Positions 7,850-16,998 of a stretch of 31,491 nucleotides of DNA are shown here, in pieces. The first letter of the stretch is position 1. Each line of letters opens with the position of its first letter. This DNA comes from Promethearchaeota archaeon (lineage in GTDB: Archaea; Asgardarchaeota; Lokiarchaeia; Sigyniarchaeales; SOKP01), in the NCBI GenBank assembly GCA_004524535.1, contig SDNY01000035.1:1-31491 (forward strand), given 5' to 3'. Made by a program: the position numbers and the translations under genes. Below the pieces are notes generated by a model. The model did not search any database, had not been told where the DNA came from, and worked only from the letters and a program-made list of their open reading frames with translations.

Positions 7850-10288
7850 TTAATCCTCTTCAATCTCTTTAGCGCATTTTCCAATTGCACACACACAATC
7901 ATTCTCATAAAGGTTTATAGCCTTCACACCTTTAGATTTTCTATGAGTTATTCTGATTGAGTCCACAGGTAATCTAATCACCTGCCCCTGCTCGCTCCCA
8001 ATCAACAGATCCTCCTTAGCTGTTTTTATGGCAATTACATTATCATTCCCATCTTCATTGAGAGTTATATTTTTTACTCCTTTCGCTGCTCTATTTGTTT
8101 TTCGATATTCTTTAATATAAGTTCTTTGCCCCCTTCCTTTTTCTGTGAGTGTTAAAACGATTTCATCGTCAGAAACAAGAAGTCCTTCAATAACTTCATC
8201 ACTCTCCCTTAAGTTTACCCCTTTAACACCCATTGTTGCTCTACCAAGTTCTCTTAATTCGGATTCATCAAAACGAATAGCATAACCTTTTTTAGTCGCA
8301 ATAAAAATATCTTGAAGCTCATTTAATAGTTTTTTAACGCTAACTAATTTATCATCCTCTCTTATTATTTGAGCTCTAAGTCCACTACTCCTTACTTTAG
8401 AGAAGGATTTCAGTGGTGTTTTTTTCACAATACCATTTTTAGTCACCATTATGAGCATATCACCAGTGTTAAAATTATTAATAGGAATCATTTCTGAAAT
8501 GTTTTCACCTTCTTGTAGTTGTATTAGATTCACTATTGGTTTTCCTTTTGCCGTTCGCTTTTGTAAAGGAATTTCAAAAGCTTTTAACGAATAAACTCTC
8601 CCTTTTGAAGTGAAGAATAAAATTGTATCATGGGTAGAACATACAAATAAATCGTTTATAAAATCTTCTTCATTTACGGTTATCCCTTTTTTTCCACGAC
8701 CTCCTCTTTTTTGAGTACGATACTCTGCTAATGAGACTCTCTTTATATAATGATTCTTAGTAATGATAACAATAGTGGGCTCTTTTTTAATCAGATCTTT
8801 CTTTTCTATTTGTTCAATTATTTCCTGCTCAGTTATCTGCGTTCGGCGCTCATCACCATATTTTTTGCTCAATTCAGTTAATTCATCTTTTATTATATTT
8901 AAGCGTATTTGTTTACTTTCTAATATCTTCTGGAGTTCTTCTACTGTTTTAATTAAATCTTCTTGTTCCTCTTCAAATTTTTTTCGCTCTAAATTAGTTA
9001 ATTTAGAAAGAGTCATATTTAAAATTGCTTTAACTTGAATATCACTAAATTCAAACTCTTTTTTTAACTCAATTTTTGCCTGTTCAGTATCTTTAGCATT
9101 TCTAATAATATTTATGACTTTATCTATATTGCTTAATGCGATTAAAAGACCATCAACTATATGCAATCTATTCTGTGCTTTTTTTAGGTCAAAATCTGTC
9201 CTTTTATAAATAATATTGAGGCGATGGTTAATATATTCCTCTATTAATTCTTTTAAATTAAGAATTTTTGGTTGTTTACCTTCATTTATTAAAACTAAGT
9301 TTATAATATTAAAATTAGTTAGTAATCTAGTGTGTTTGAACAATACATTCTTAATAATAATTGGTTGGGCATTTTTTCTTAATTCTAATACAATTCGCAT
9401 TCCTTTTCTGTCTGATTCATCTCTTAAATCTCGGATATCTTTTAAAAGGCCATCTCTTATAAGTTTCGCAATCGATTCAATTAATGATTTCTTATTAACT
9501 AAATACGGAATTTCTGTAATAACTAAATTTTTGTTATTTTCTTTAATTTCTTCTTCAATTTTCCCCCTAACAGGAATGTTTCCTTGACCCGTTGCATATG
9601 CATTATAAATTCCTGCAGTATTAGTAATAATTCCTCCAGTTGGAAAATCAGGACCTTTAATAATCTCCGCCAACTCTTCTATAGAAATGTCCGGATTATC
9701 GATAGTAGAAATGATTCCTTGACATACTTCCATAAGATTATGAGGAGCCATAGAAGTAGCCATCCCCACTGCAATTCCTTTGGTTCCATTTAATAAAATA
9801 TTTGGTAATTTAGCAGGTAAGTTCCTTGGCTCAGTTCGACTATCATCGAAATTTGGTTGAAATTCAACTGTCTCTTTTTGAAGATCCTCAATCAATTCAT
9901 TCGCTATTTGAGAAAGGCGAGCTTCAGTATATCGATAAGCTGCGGGAGGATCTCCATCGATTGAACCAAAATTTCCCTGTGGATCGATCAAAGGATATCT
10001 CAATGAGAAATCTTGTGCCATTCGAACAAGAGAATTATATACCGCAACATCACCATGAGGATGGTAATTGCCTAATGTTTCACCTACAATTTTTGCACAT
10101 TTAACATGCGAGCTGTTATAATACCAGTTGTTATTTGCCATGGCATAAATTATACGCCGGTGAACGGGTTTTAATCCATCCCGAACATCAGGAATTGCCC
10201 TTTCGATAACTACTGCCATTGCATAATCAATATAACTAGTTTTCATCTCGTCCTTTAATAGGACTTCATTTATTTTTTCGACACTCAC
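7850..10288 (-). CDS. gyrA: DNA gyrase subunit A
   Basis: RAIPDVRDGLKPVHRRI, YHPHGD, AAYRYTEARL (catalytic Tyr), GyrA-box QKRGGRG, C-terminal beta-pinwheel repeats; GTG start. Confidence 0.97.
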   Translation of the reverse strand: MSVEKINEVLLKDEMKTSYIDYAMAVVIERAIPDVRDGLKPVHRRIIYAMANNNWYYNSSHVKCAKIVGETLGNYHPHGDVAVYNSLVRMAQDFSLRYPLIDPQGNFGSIDGDPPAAYRYTEARLSQIANELIEDLQKETVEFQPNFDDSRTEPRNLPAKLPNILLNGTKGIAVGMATSMAPHNLMEVCQGIISTIDNPDISIEELAEIIKGPDFPTGGIITNTAGIYNAYATGQGNIPVRGKIEEEIKENNKNLVITEIPYLVNKKSLIESIAKLIRDGLLKDIRDLRDESDRKGMRIVLELRKNAQPIIIKNVLFKHTRLLTNFNIINLVLINEGKQPKILNLKELIEEYINHRLNIIYKRTDFDLKKAQNRLHIVDGLLIALSNIDKVINIIRNAKDTEQAKIELKKEFEFSDIQVKAILNMTLSKLTNLERKKFEEEQEDLIKTVEELQKILESKQIRLNIIKDELTELSKKYGDERRTQITEQEIIEQIEKKDLIKKEPTIVIITKNHYIKRVSLAEYRTQKRGGRGKKGITVNEEDFINDLFVCSTHDTILFFTSKGRVYSLKAFEIPLQKRTAKGKPIVNLIQLQEGENISEMIPINNFNTGDMLIMVTKNGIVKKTPLKSFSKVRSSGLRAQIIREDDKLVSVKKLLNELQDIFIATKKGYAIRFDESELRELGRATMGVKGVNLRESDEVIEGLLVSDDEIVLTLTEKGRGQRTYIKEYRKTNRAAKGVKNITLNEDGNDNVIAIKTAKEDLLIGSEQGQVIRLPVDSIRITHRKSKGVKAINLYENDCVCAIGKCAKEIEED

Positions 10289-10380
10289 AATTATAACCTA
10301 TTTTTTTATAAATTTAATTTCCTTTAATATTCTTTATTTTTGACAAAATAATTTATATTAATAAAACGAAACTTCCATTA

Positions 10381-12387
10381 TCATAAACTTTTTGTTTCAC
10401 TATAGTGCTCAACGATAAACTTTTTTCTCGGTGTGACATCTTTGCCCATTAATTTTGAGAAAAGAATATCGTTATCTAAATAATTTTCGTATATAATCTT
10501 TTTAAGCGTACGGGTTTCCCGATTCATTGTTGTGTTGTAGAGTTCTTCAGGATTCATCTCTCCAAGACCCTTAAACCGTTTTATTTTAATTTTGTTAGTA
10601 TTTTCTATGTTATACTTTTTTATTAGGGTTTTTATTATTTCTTGTCTTTCAATTTCACTATGGCAGTAATGTATTGATTTTTTATATTTTGTTTGGTATA
10701 ATGGAGGATTTCCTATATATAAATGGCCTTTATCAATAAGAGGGCGCATGTATCTAAAAAAAAAAGTGAGCAATAAAGTCTGAATATGAAATCCGTCAAT
10801 GTCTGAATCACAGAGTATGATTACACGATGGTATCTCAAATTTTCAAGGCTGAATTCCTCATTGCTTACACCTTGAACGCCAACACCTAATGCTCTAATT
10901 ATCGCTTGAATCTCGTTATTTTGTAAGATTTTATCCAATCTTGCTTTTTCAACATTTAGAATTTTGCCCCTAAGTGGCAAAATAGCTTGATAAGTTCTAT
11001 CTCTTCCTTGTTTTGCGGAACCCCCCGCAGAATCCCCCTCAACAATAAAGACTTCGCATTCTTCGGGTTCATTGGAAGAACAATCAGCCAGTTTCCCCGG
11101 CATTCTCGCATTGTCCAATGCAGACTTTCTCCGTATTAATAATTTTGCATTTTGTGCTGCTTCTCGAGCATTTTTAGCACTTATTGTTTTCATGATAATT
11201 TTTTTCGCAGTTTGAGGATTTTCTTCAAGGTATTGTGCTAAATTTTCTGTAATTGCTTGACTAACAATTTGCCTTATCTCTGGATTTCCAAGTTTAATTT
11301 TTGTTTGGCTTTCAAACTGAGGATCTGGGAGTTTAACAGATACTATTGCCGATAATCCTTCCCTGGTATCGCTTCCACTTAAAACATGGTCTTTATATTT
11401 CTTTTCCATATTTTTTTCGATATAAGAGTTCATTGTCCTTGTAAGTGCTGATTTAAACCCGGTAAGATGCGTGCCACCTTCCAAGGTATTTATGGTATTA
11501 GCGTATGTAAGAATTGTAGTCTGATAACCTTGGTTATATTGCATTGCTATATCAACGTATACTTTTGAACCATTTGAATCATAAGAATCGCTAATAGAAA
11601 TAATATCATTATGGAGTGGTTGTTTATCCTTATTTAAATACCCAATAAATTCATTAATACCCCCCTCATAATAAAACTCTTCTTCATCTTCATCAATTTT
11701 ATCTTTTACTTCAAACTTTGCTTGAGGTGTGAGAAAAGCTAGTTCTCTTATGCGAGCGACAATTGTATGATAGTTAAATATTCTTTCTTCTGGATTAAAA
11801 TCAAAAATCTCCTTATCAGGATAAAAAGATATTTTTGTTCCAGTATCTTTACTATTTGATTTTGTAATTTTAGGATCGCTTTTCTTTATACCTCTAGAGA
11901 ATTCCTGTTCATAATGAGTATCATCTCGATCTATCTCAACTTTTAACCATTCAGTTAATGCATTAACAACTGAAAGACCTACACCATGTAAACCCCCAGA
12001 TATTTTATAACTTTTATTATCGAACTTACCACCTGAATGTAAATATTCCATAATAACTTCTACAGCTGGTTTACCATATTCTGGATGATTATCAATAGGA
12101 ATTCCTCTTCCATTATCAGAAATTTTAACGGAATTATCTGTATTAAATGTAACTCTTATATGATCAGCAAAACCCGCTAAAGCTTCATCGACTGAGTTGT
12201 CTAACACTTCAAAAACAAGATGATGAAGCCCCTTCTTACCAGTATCGCCGATATACATAGCGGGGCGTCTTCTTTAGCGACTATCATGAGATATGATTTA
12301 GTTTACGCCTTCTAGCCCCTTTAATACCTGTATATCGCCTGCGTCATAATCCTGTTCTTCTGAATCAAGGTTCTTTTTCACAGGCAT
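10381..12387 (-). CDS. gyrB: DNA gyrase subunit B in two exons: complement(join(10381..12273,12304..12387)), 658 aa
   Basis: EVLDNSVDE, DNGRGIP, GGLHGVG, EGDSAGGSA, PLRGKILNV, DSDIDG, RFKGLGEM. The ORF track starts at MYIG, but the conserved N-terminus MPVKKNLDSEEQDYDAGDIQVLKGLEGV lies upstream in frame, separated from RRRPAMYIG by a 30-nt insert. Confidence 0.95.
12274..12303 (-). other. Putative BHB mRNA intron of gyrB (30 nt)
   Basis: Sense strand AACTAAATCATATCTCATGATAGTCGCTAA, two in-frame TAA. Central helix GGCG/CGCU, bulges UA^A and AA^A, intron stem ACU-AA-AUCAU/AUGAU-AGU, distal exon helix GGGGC/GCCCC. Confidence 0.88.
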
Positions 12388-12715
12388 AAGAATATCATTC
12401 TTAAATATGTCGTAAAAGTAAAATTTTTCATTTATTTGAGTTAAATAAAATGAATTTTTACAAGTTACCTTATTTATATTTAAGTCTTACGATATATAAA
12501 AATCTATCTGTACTTTTTTATCAGTCAGAAAAGGGAGATCCTTAAGTTTATTAATGATTTCTGGGAGCTCTCAGAGATAATAACTCAAAAAAAAGAGATC
12601 CTCTTAAATTGCATAGTATCTAATTGGATCTTAGAGCTTTTATAATGCTATTTTTTCAAAAATAATCCAAAAAGAAGCTTTCTATATATATTTTATAATA
12701 AAATTTTATACCAAA

Positions 12716-13591
12716 TCAGCTATTACGTCTTATTTCTTCTGCAATTTTGGTAATTTCAAATAATTGGTTGTTGACATCATGAGTTCTTACAATATGTGCT
12801 CCATTGAATACAGCTATTGCTGTCGCTGAAAGCGTACCATTATATCTTTCTTCTGGTTTTGGAGGATTTTTAGGATCCAAGATCGCTCCTATGAATGATT
12901 TCCTTGAAATTGCCACTAATATCGGTTTTGCCAAAGCTCTTAGGTCTTTCAAGTTATTAATTATTTTTAAATCGTATGTATGAGTTTTTTCCTTAACCCA
13001 ATGACCGATTCCTGGATCTAAAATTATATTATTCTCGTTATATCCCTTTAATTTTAATTTTTGGATAGTTTTTTGAAATTCTTTAATAATCTCATCTATT
13101 GTTAATAAATCTCCAGGCATTCTTTTGGAAGCCATTAAAATGATTGGTAATTCGTTTTTAATGATGAATTCCTCCAATCCTGAATCCGTTTTTAGGCAGC
13201 TTACATCATTTATTATAATTTCTTTTTTATTAAATTTTAAAGCAACATCATATGCTTTCTGAGCAACTTCTCTATATTGCGTATCAATTGATACTATAAT
13301 ATTTTTAGGTATATTTTTACAAATAACCTCCATCGAAGGAACGATTCGATCAATCTCTTCTTGAATCGATATCTTTTCTGACCAAGGAGCTGTAGAACGC
13401 GCTCCCAAATCGAGCATCTTAGCACCGTTGTTTATCATCTCTAATGAAACTTTCTTTAACTCTTTTAGAGTGTTATAAACAGATCCTTTATAAAAAGACT
13501 CAGGACTCAGATTTAACACCCCCATTATTATTGTCGGAAAATTGTCTCCTAATTCTAAAAAATCAAATAATCTTGAATAAATCTTACTCAT
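12716..13591 (-). CDS. folP: Dihydropteroate synthase
   Basis: IMGVLNLSPESF, DLGARSTAP, SIDT, INDVS, LDPGIG, SRKSFIG, IVRTHDV. Confidence 0.92.
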   Translation of the reverse strand: MSKIYSRLFDFLELGDNFPTIIMGVLNLSPESFYKGSVYNTLKELKKVSLEMINNGAKMLDLGARSTAPWSEKISIQEEIDRIVPSMEVICKNIPKNIIVSIDTQYREVAQKAYDVALKFNKKEIIINDVSCLKTDSGLEEFIIKNELPIILMASKRMPGDLLTIDEIIKEFQKTIQKLKLKGYNENNIILDPGIGHWVKEKTHTYDLKIINNLKDLRALAKPILVAISRKSFIGAILDPKNPPKPEERYNGTLSATAIAVFNGAHIVRTHDVNNQLFEITKIAEEIRRNS

Positions 13592-13642
13592 ATTTTGTAA
13601 CTTGAAAAAAGTATTTCAAATAAGTTTAATTCTTTTTATACT

Positions 13643-14434
13643 ATGAATCTTTTTTCCATAAAGCTTCCATTAATTAAGAAAAATGATCCTTTACTAGAGA
13701 TCTTAATAAATAATATTAGGAACAAGGGCGAAACGCTAAAAGAAGGAGATATCGTTGTAATTTCTGAAAAAATTATCGCGACCTCTCAAGGGAGAGTGAT
13801 AAATTTATCTGAAGTAAAAAAAATCTCAGAAAAAGCGAAAAAAATGGCTAAAAAATACGATATGGACGAGAGATTTGTAGAATTGATTTTACAAGAAGCC
13901 TCAATGATTTTAGGGGGATTACCCAATGGACATGTAATATTAGCAAAAATAAATGATTTTTTAATTGCGAATGCTGGAATAGACCAATCAAATGCGGGTC
14001 CAGATAATGTTGTGCTACTTCCTAAAAAGATCAAGGATGAAGTTTGGGGTTACTGGAAAATATTAAGAAATGAATTTAAAATAGAAAATCTCGGCGTTAT
14101 TTTCGCTGATTCTCGAGTTCAACCACTGAGGAAAGGAACTATAGGGATCGCTGTAGCAACTGCTGGTTTTGAACCAATTGAAGATTTGCGTGGGCATCCA
14201 GATTTATTTGGTAGACCATTGCAAATCACTATAAGGGCTTTAGCGGATGACCTTACGAGTGCAGCACAATTTTTACTGAATGAAGCAGACCAGCAAACCC
14301 CAATTGTAATAATTCGAGGTGCTAATGTGGAATTTACTGATAATCCTCAATTGACAACAGAAATGAGTCCTGAAGATTGCCTTTATATGAATATTTTTAG
14401 CAGATATTTGTTGGAAAAGCAAAAAAAAGAATAA
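13643..14434 (+). CDS. cofE: Coenzyme F420-0:L-glutamate ligase family protein
   Basis: GDIVVISEKIIA, ANAGIDQSN, GVIFADS, PLRKGTIGIA, DLRGHPDLFGRPL, PIVIIRG. Confidence 0.88.
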   Translation: MNLFSIKLPLIKKNDPLLEILINNIRNKGETLKEGDIVVISEKIIATSQGRVINLSEVKKISEKAKKMAKKYDMDERFVELILQEASMILGGLPNGHVILAKINDFLIANAGIDQSNAGPDNVVLLPKKIKDEVWGYWKILRNEFKIENLGVIFADSRVQPLRKGTIGIAVATAGFEPIEDLRGHPDLFGRPLQITIRALADDLTSAAQFLLNEADQQTPIVIIRGANVEFTDNPQLTTEMSPEDCLYMNIFSRYLLEKQKKE

Positions 14435-14577
14435 GTGTTGCTTAGGTTTTATCTTATTTTTCATTATAGTAAATTTGAGATATTTAATCGTGAAATTTTT
14501 TAACAGTAGAGCTTTTTTTTTCTCAAGTAATTTAATATTATATCAACAAAAGAAAAAAACAAAAGAAGGAGATATTC

Positions 14578-15273
14578 ATGGGTTTATATCGAAAAATTCT
14601 GAAAGGTAAATCACGTATATATGACAATTTTCTTACTAATCCTAAAGTTGTTAAAATTAGTATGATGATGGCATTACTTGTATGGTTTTTTGCCTTAATT
14701 GGAGGATATATAGTAGCTCAGTTTGATCCCGATGGTTATAATATTATCGATAATTGGATAAGTGATATGGGGTCATTCAATCATACACCATTACCCTATT
14801 TCTTAGATTATGGAGCAATGGCTACAGCAATTTTATTGATACCTGCTAATTTTTATCTGGAGAAAACAATAGCCCCATCTCCAATTAATAAAGGTGATGG
14901 CGAATTTCCTCGAATGATGTATCGTTTAAGTGGATGTGGTGCTTATCACATGTTTATGGGGATATTTGGATTTTTTATGATCGGTTTATTCTCAGAGGAC
15001 AGGAGTACACCGCTTGGACTACACTGGGTCTTTTCAAACGTTGTTTTCTTCGGGCTTATAATGGGTACCTTTTTTTACGGCTTACTTATCCTATTTTACA
15101 AGACTGAGATTCCACAGTTATTAGGATTGTATATGGTTGTTGTCCCATTCATAACAGGGATAATTTTTCTTATTACTTATTTACCTTTCTGGGAATGGAT
15201 GATGCTATTCACAATAATGATTTGGATGGTACCAGTAAATTTTTTACTATTTAAAAATATAGGTAAAGAATAA
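14578..15273 (+). CDS. DUF998-like membrane protein
   Basis: GYNIIDNWISDMG motif, several hydrophobic segments, IGLFSED...LHW; SD-like AGGAGA upstream. Confidence 0.7.
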   Translation: MGLYRKILKGKSRIYDNFLTNPKVVKISMMMALLVWFFALIGGYIVAQFDPDGYNIIDNWISDMGSFNHTPLPYFLDYGAMATAILLIPANFYLEKTIAPSPINKGDGEFPRMMYRLSGCGAYHMFMGIFGFFMIGLFSEDRSTPLGLHWVFSNVVFFGLIMGTFFYGLLILFYKTEIPQLLGLYMVVVPFITGIIFLITYLPFWEWMMLFTIMIWMVPVNFLLFKNIGKE

Positions 15274-15518
15274 GAAAAACAATAATTTAATTCAATAAAA
15301 TTTAATTTTTTTCCTTTTTTTTCTGAAAATCCAAAATTAGCAACAGAGATGCCTCCCGAAGAGTGCTTATATATTTAGTAGATAACTTCTAAAAAGGAAT
15401 AAGAAGAATTTTTTTTCAGAAAATAATAAATGAATTTTTTAGAAATAGATGACTTATGAAGATAAGCTAATCTTGCGATCATCTTATAATATTTATTGAC
15501 TTATTAGGTTTAAATGAA

Positions 15519-16997
15519 ATGAATATCCACGAATACATGGCTTTCGAGCTAATTCAAAAGATTAAAAATAAAGAACTTCAAATTCAAGAAATTGTTCAAT
15601 TTTATTTGGAGAGAATTAAAAAAACTGATAATCTTATTCATTCATTTGTTCATATATCTGAAGAGAAAGCTTTAAGTGAAGCAAAACAAAAGGATAATGA
15701 CTTAAAAAATGGAAAATCTATCGGGAAACTGTATGGTTTGCCAATAGCGGTAAAGGATCTTATATGCATAAAAAATAGTCCAACGACCTGTTGTTCCAAG
15801 ATTTTAGAGGGCTATTACCCTCCCTATAATGCAACTGTTATAGAAAGATTAATTGAAAAAGAGGGAGCAATATGTATTGGTCGTACAAATATGGACGAGT
15901 TTGCCATGGGTTCCTCTACAGAAAACAGTTGTTATGGTCCTACATACAATCCATGGAATTTAGAGTATGTTCCTGGGGGATCAAGTGGGGGTTCCGGGTC
16001 TAGTGTAGCTTCAGGACAGGTAATTTTTTCATTAGGTAGCGATACAGGGGGAAGTATAAGATGTCCAGCATCATATTGCGGAGTTGTGGGATTAAAACCC
16101 ACTTATGGAAGGGTATCTAGATATGGACTGGTGTCTTATGCTAATTCACTAGATCAGATTGGCCCTTTATCAAGATGCGTCCGTGATTGTGCTTTGCTAC
16201 TTGAAATAATGGCTGGTTTCGATCCTTTAGATTCTACAACCGTAAATGTTGAAGTTGATAATTATACTAACGAGTTAGATAAATCAATTGAAGGAAAAAC
16301 TTTAGGAATTCCAAAAGAATTCTTTAGTGAAGGGTTAGAAACTGATGTAAAAAATAAAGTTTATGAAGGAATAAAAAAATTAGAACGTTTAGGTGTGAGA
16401 ACTGTTGAAGTTTCATTTCCATATTTAGAATATACTATCCCTACTTATTATTTAATTGCGATGAGCGAAGCAAGCTCAAATCTAGAGAGGTATGATGGTT
16501 TAAGATATGGAAAGATGAGTGATAATCTTGAGGGAAGTGTTTTTGATGTATTTAGCAGAACTCGTGGAGAAAAGTTTGGCCCAGAAGTTAGAAGGCGTAT
16601 AATACTAGGGACATACGCCTTGTCTGCTGGGTATTACGATATGTTTTACATTAAGGCGTTAAAAGTAAGAAGCCTAATTAAAAATGATTTTCAGAATGCT
16701 TTCAAGCAATGTGACGTGATTGTTAGTCCAACGATGCCAACTACTGCTTTTAAAATTGGTGATTTAGTAGATGATCCATTACAGATGTATTTAATGGATG
16801 TTTTGACATGTCCTGTGAACTTGGCGGGGCTTCCAGCTTTATCAATTCCATGTGGTTTTGACAGTAAAAATCTTCCAATTGGTTTTCAAATCATTGGAAA
16901 TTATTTTGAAGAAAAATTAATTCTTAATATTGGTCATTTGCTTGAAAAAGAATTAAATATTTATAGGAAATTAGCTCCTGTTAATAGAGGTAAATAA
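15519..16997 (+). CDS. gatA: Asp/Glu-tRNA amidotransferase subunit A
   Basis: Amidase signature GLPIAVKD, TNMDEFAMGSSTE, PGGSSGGS, GSDTGGSIRCPA; SNLERYDG; EVRRRIILGT. Confidence 0.96.
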   Translation: MNIHEYMAFELIQKIKNKELQIQEIVQFYLERIKKTDNLIHSFVHISEEKALSEAKQKDNDLKNGKSIGKLYGLPIAVKDLICIKNSPTTCCSKILEGYYPPYNATVIERLIEKEGAICIGRTNMDEFAMGSSTENSCYGPTYNPWNLEYVPGGSSGGSGSSVASGQVIFSLGSDTGGSIRCPASYCGVVGLKPTYGRVSRYGLVSYANSLDQIGPLSRCVRDCALLLEIMAGFDPLDSTTVNVEVDNYTNELDKSIEGKTLGIPKEFFSEGLETDVKNKVYEGIKKLERLGVRTVEVSFPYLEYTIPTYYLIAMSEASSNLERYDGLRYGKMSDNLEGSVFDVFSRTRGEKFGPEVRRRIILGTYALSAGYYDMFYIKALKVRSLIKNDFQNAFKQCDVIVSPTMPTTAFKIGDLVDDPLQMYLMDVLTCPVNLAGLPALSIPCGFDSKNLPIGFQIIGNYFEEKLILNIGHLLEKELNIYRKLAPVNRGK

Positions 16998-16998
16998 A

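Noticed and set aside
12274-12303. Translational bypassing (T4 gene 60-like hop) over the inserts
   Set aside because: Take-off and landing codons do not match (GTA/TAA, CAA/GAA, CAA/TAA), while BHB geometry predicts the borders exactly.
12530-12635. Clustered GAGATCC/GAGCTC-like palindromic words between gyrB and folP
   Set aside because: Short and irregularly spaced; they do not form a CRISPR array or a supportable operator set.
13200-13265. Short insertion with an AAAGCA/TGCTTT hairpin in folP as a stop-free intron
   Set aside because: No 4-bp central helix with flanking 3-nt bulges could be formed. Stop-free in-frame introns elsewhere cannot be excluded by eye.
15274-15518. gatC expected upstream of gatA
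   Set aside because: No suitable ORF was seen in the gap; gatC is probably elsewhere in the genome.
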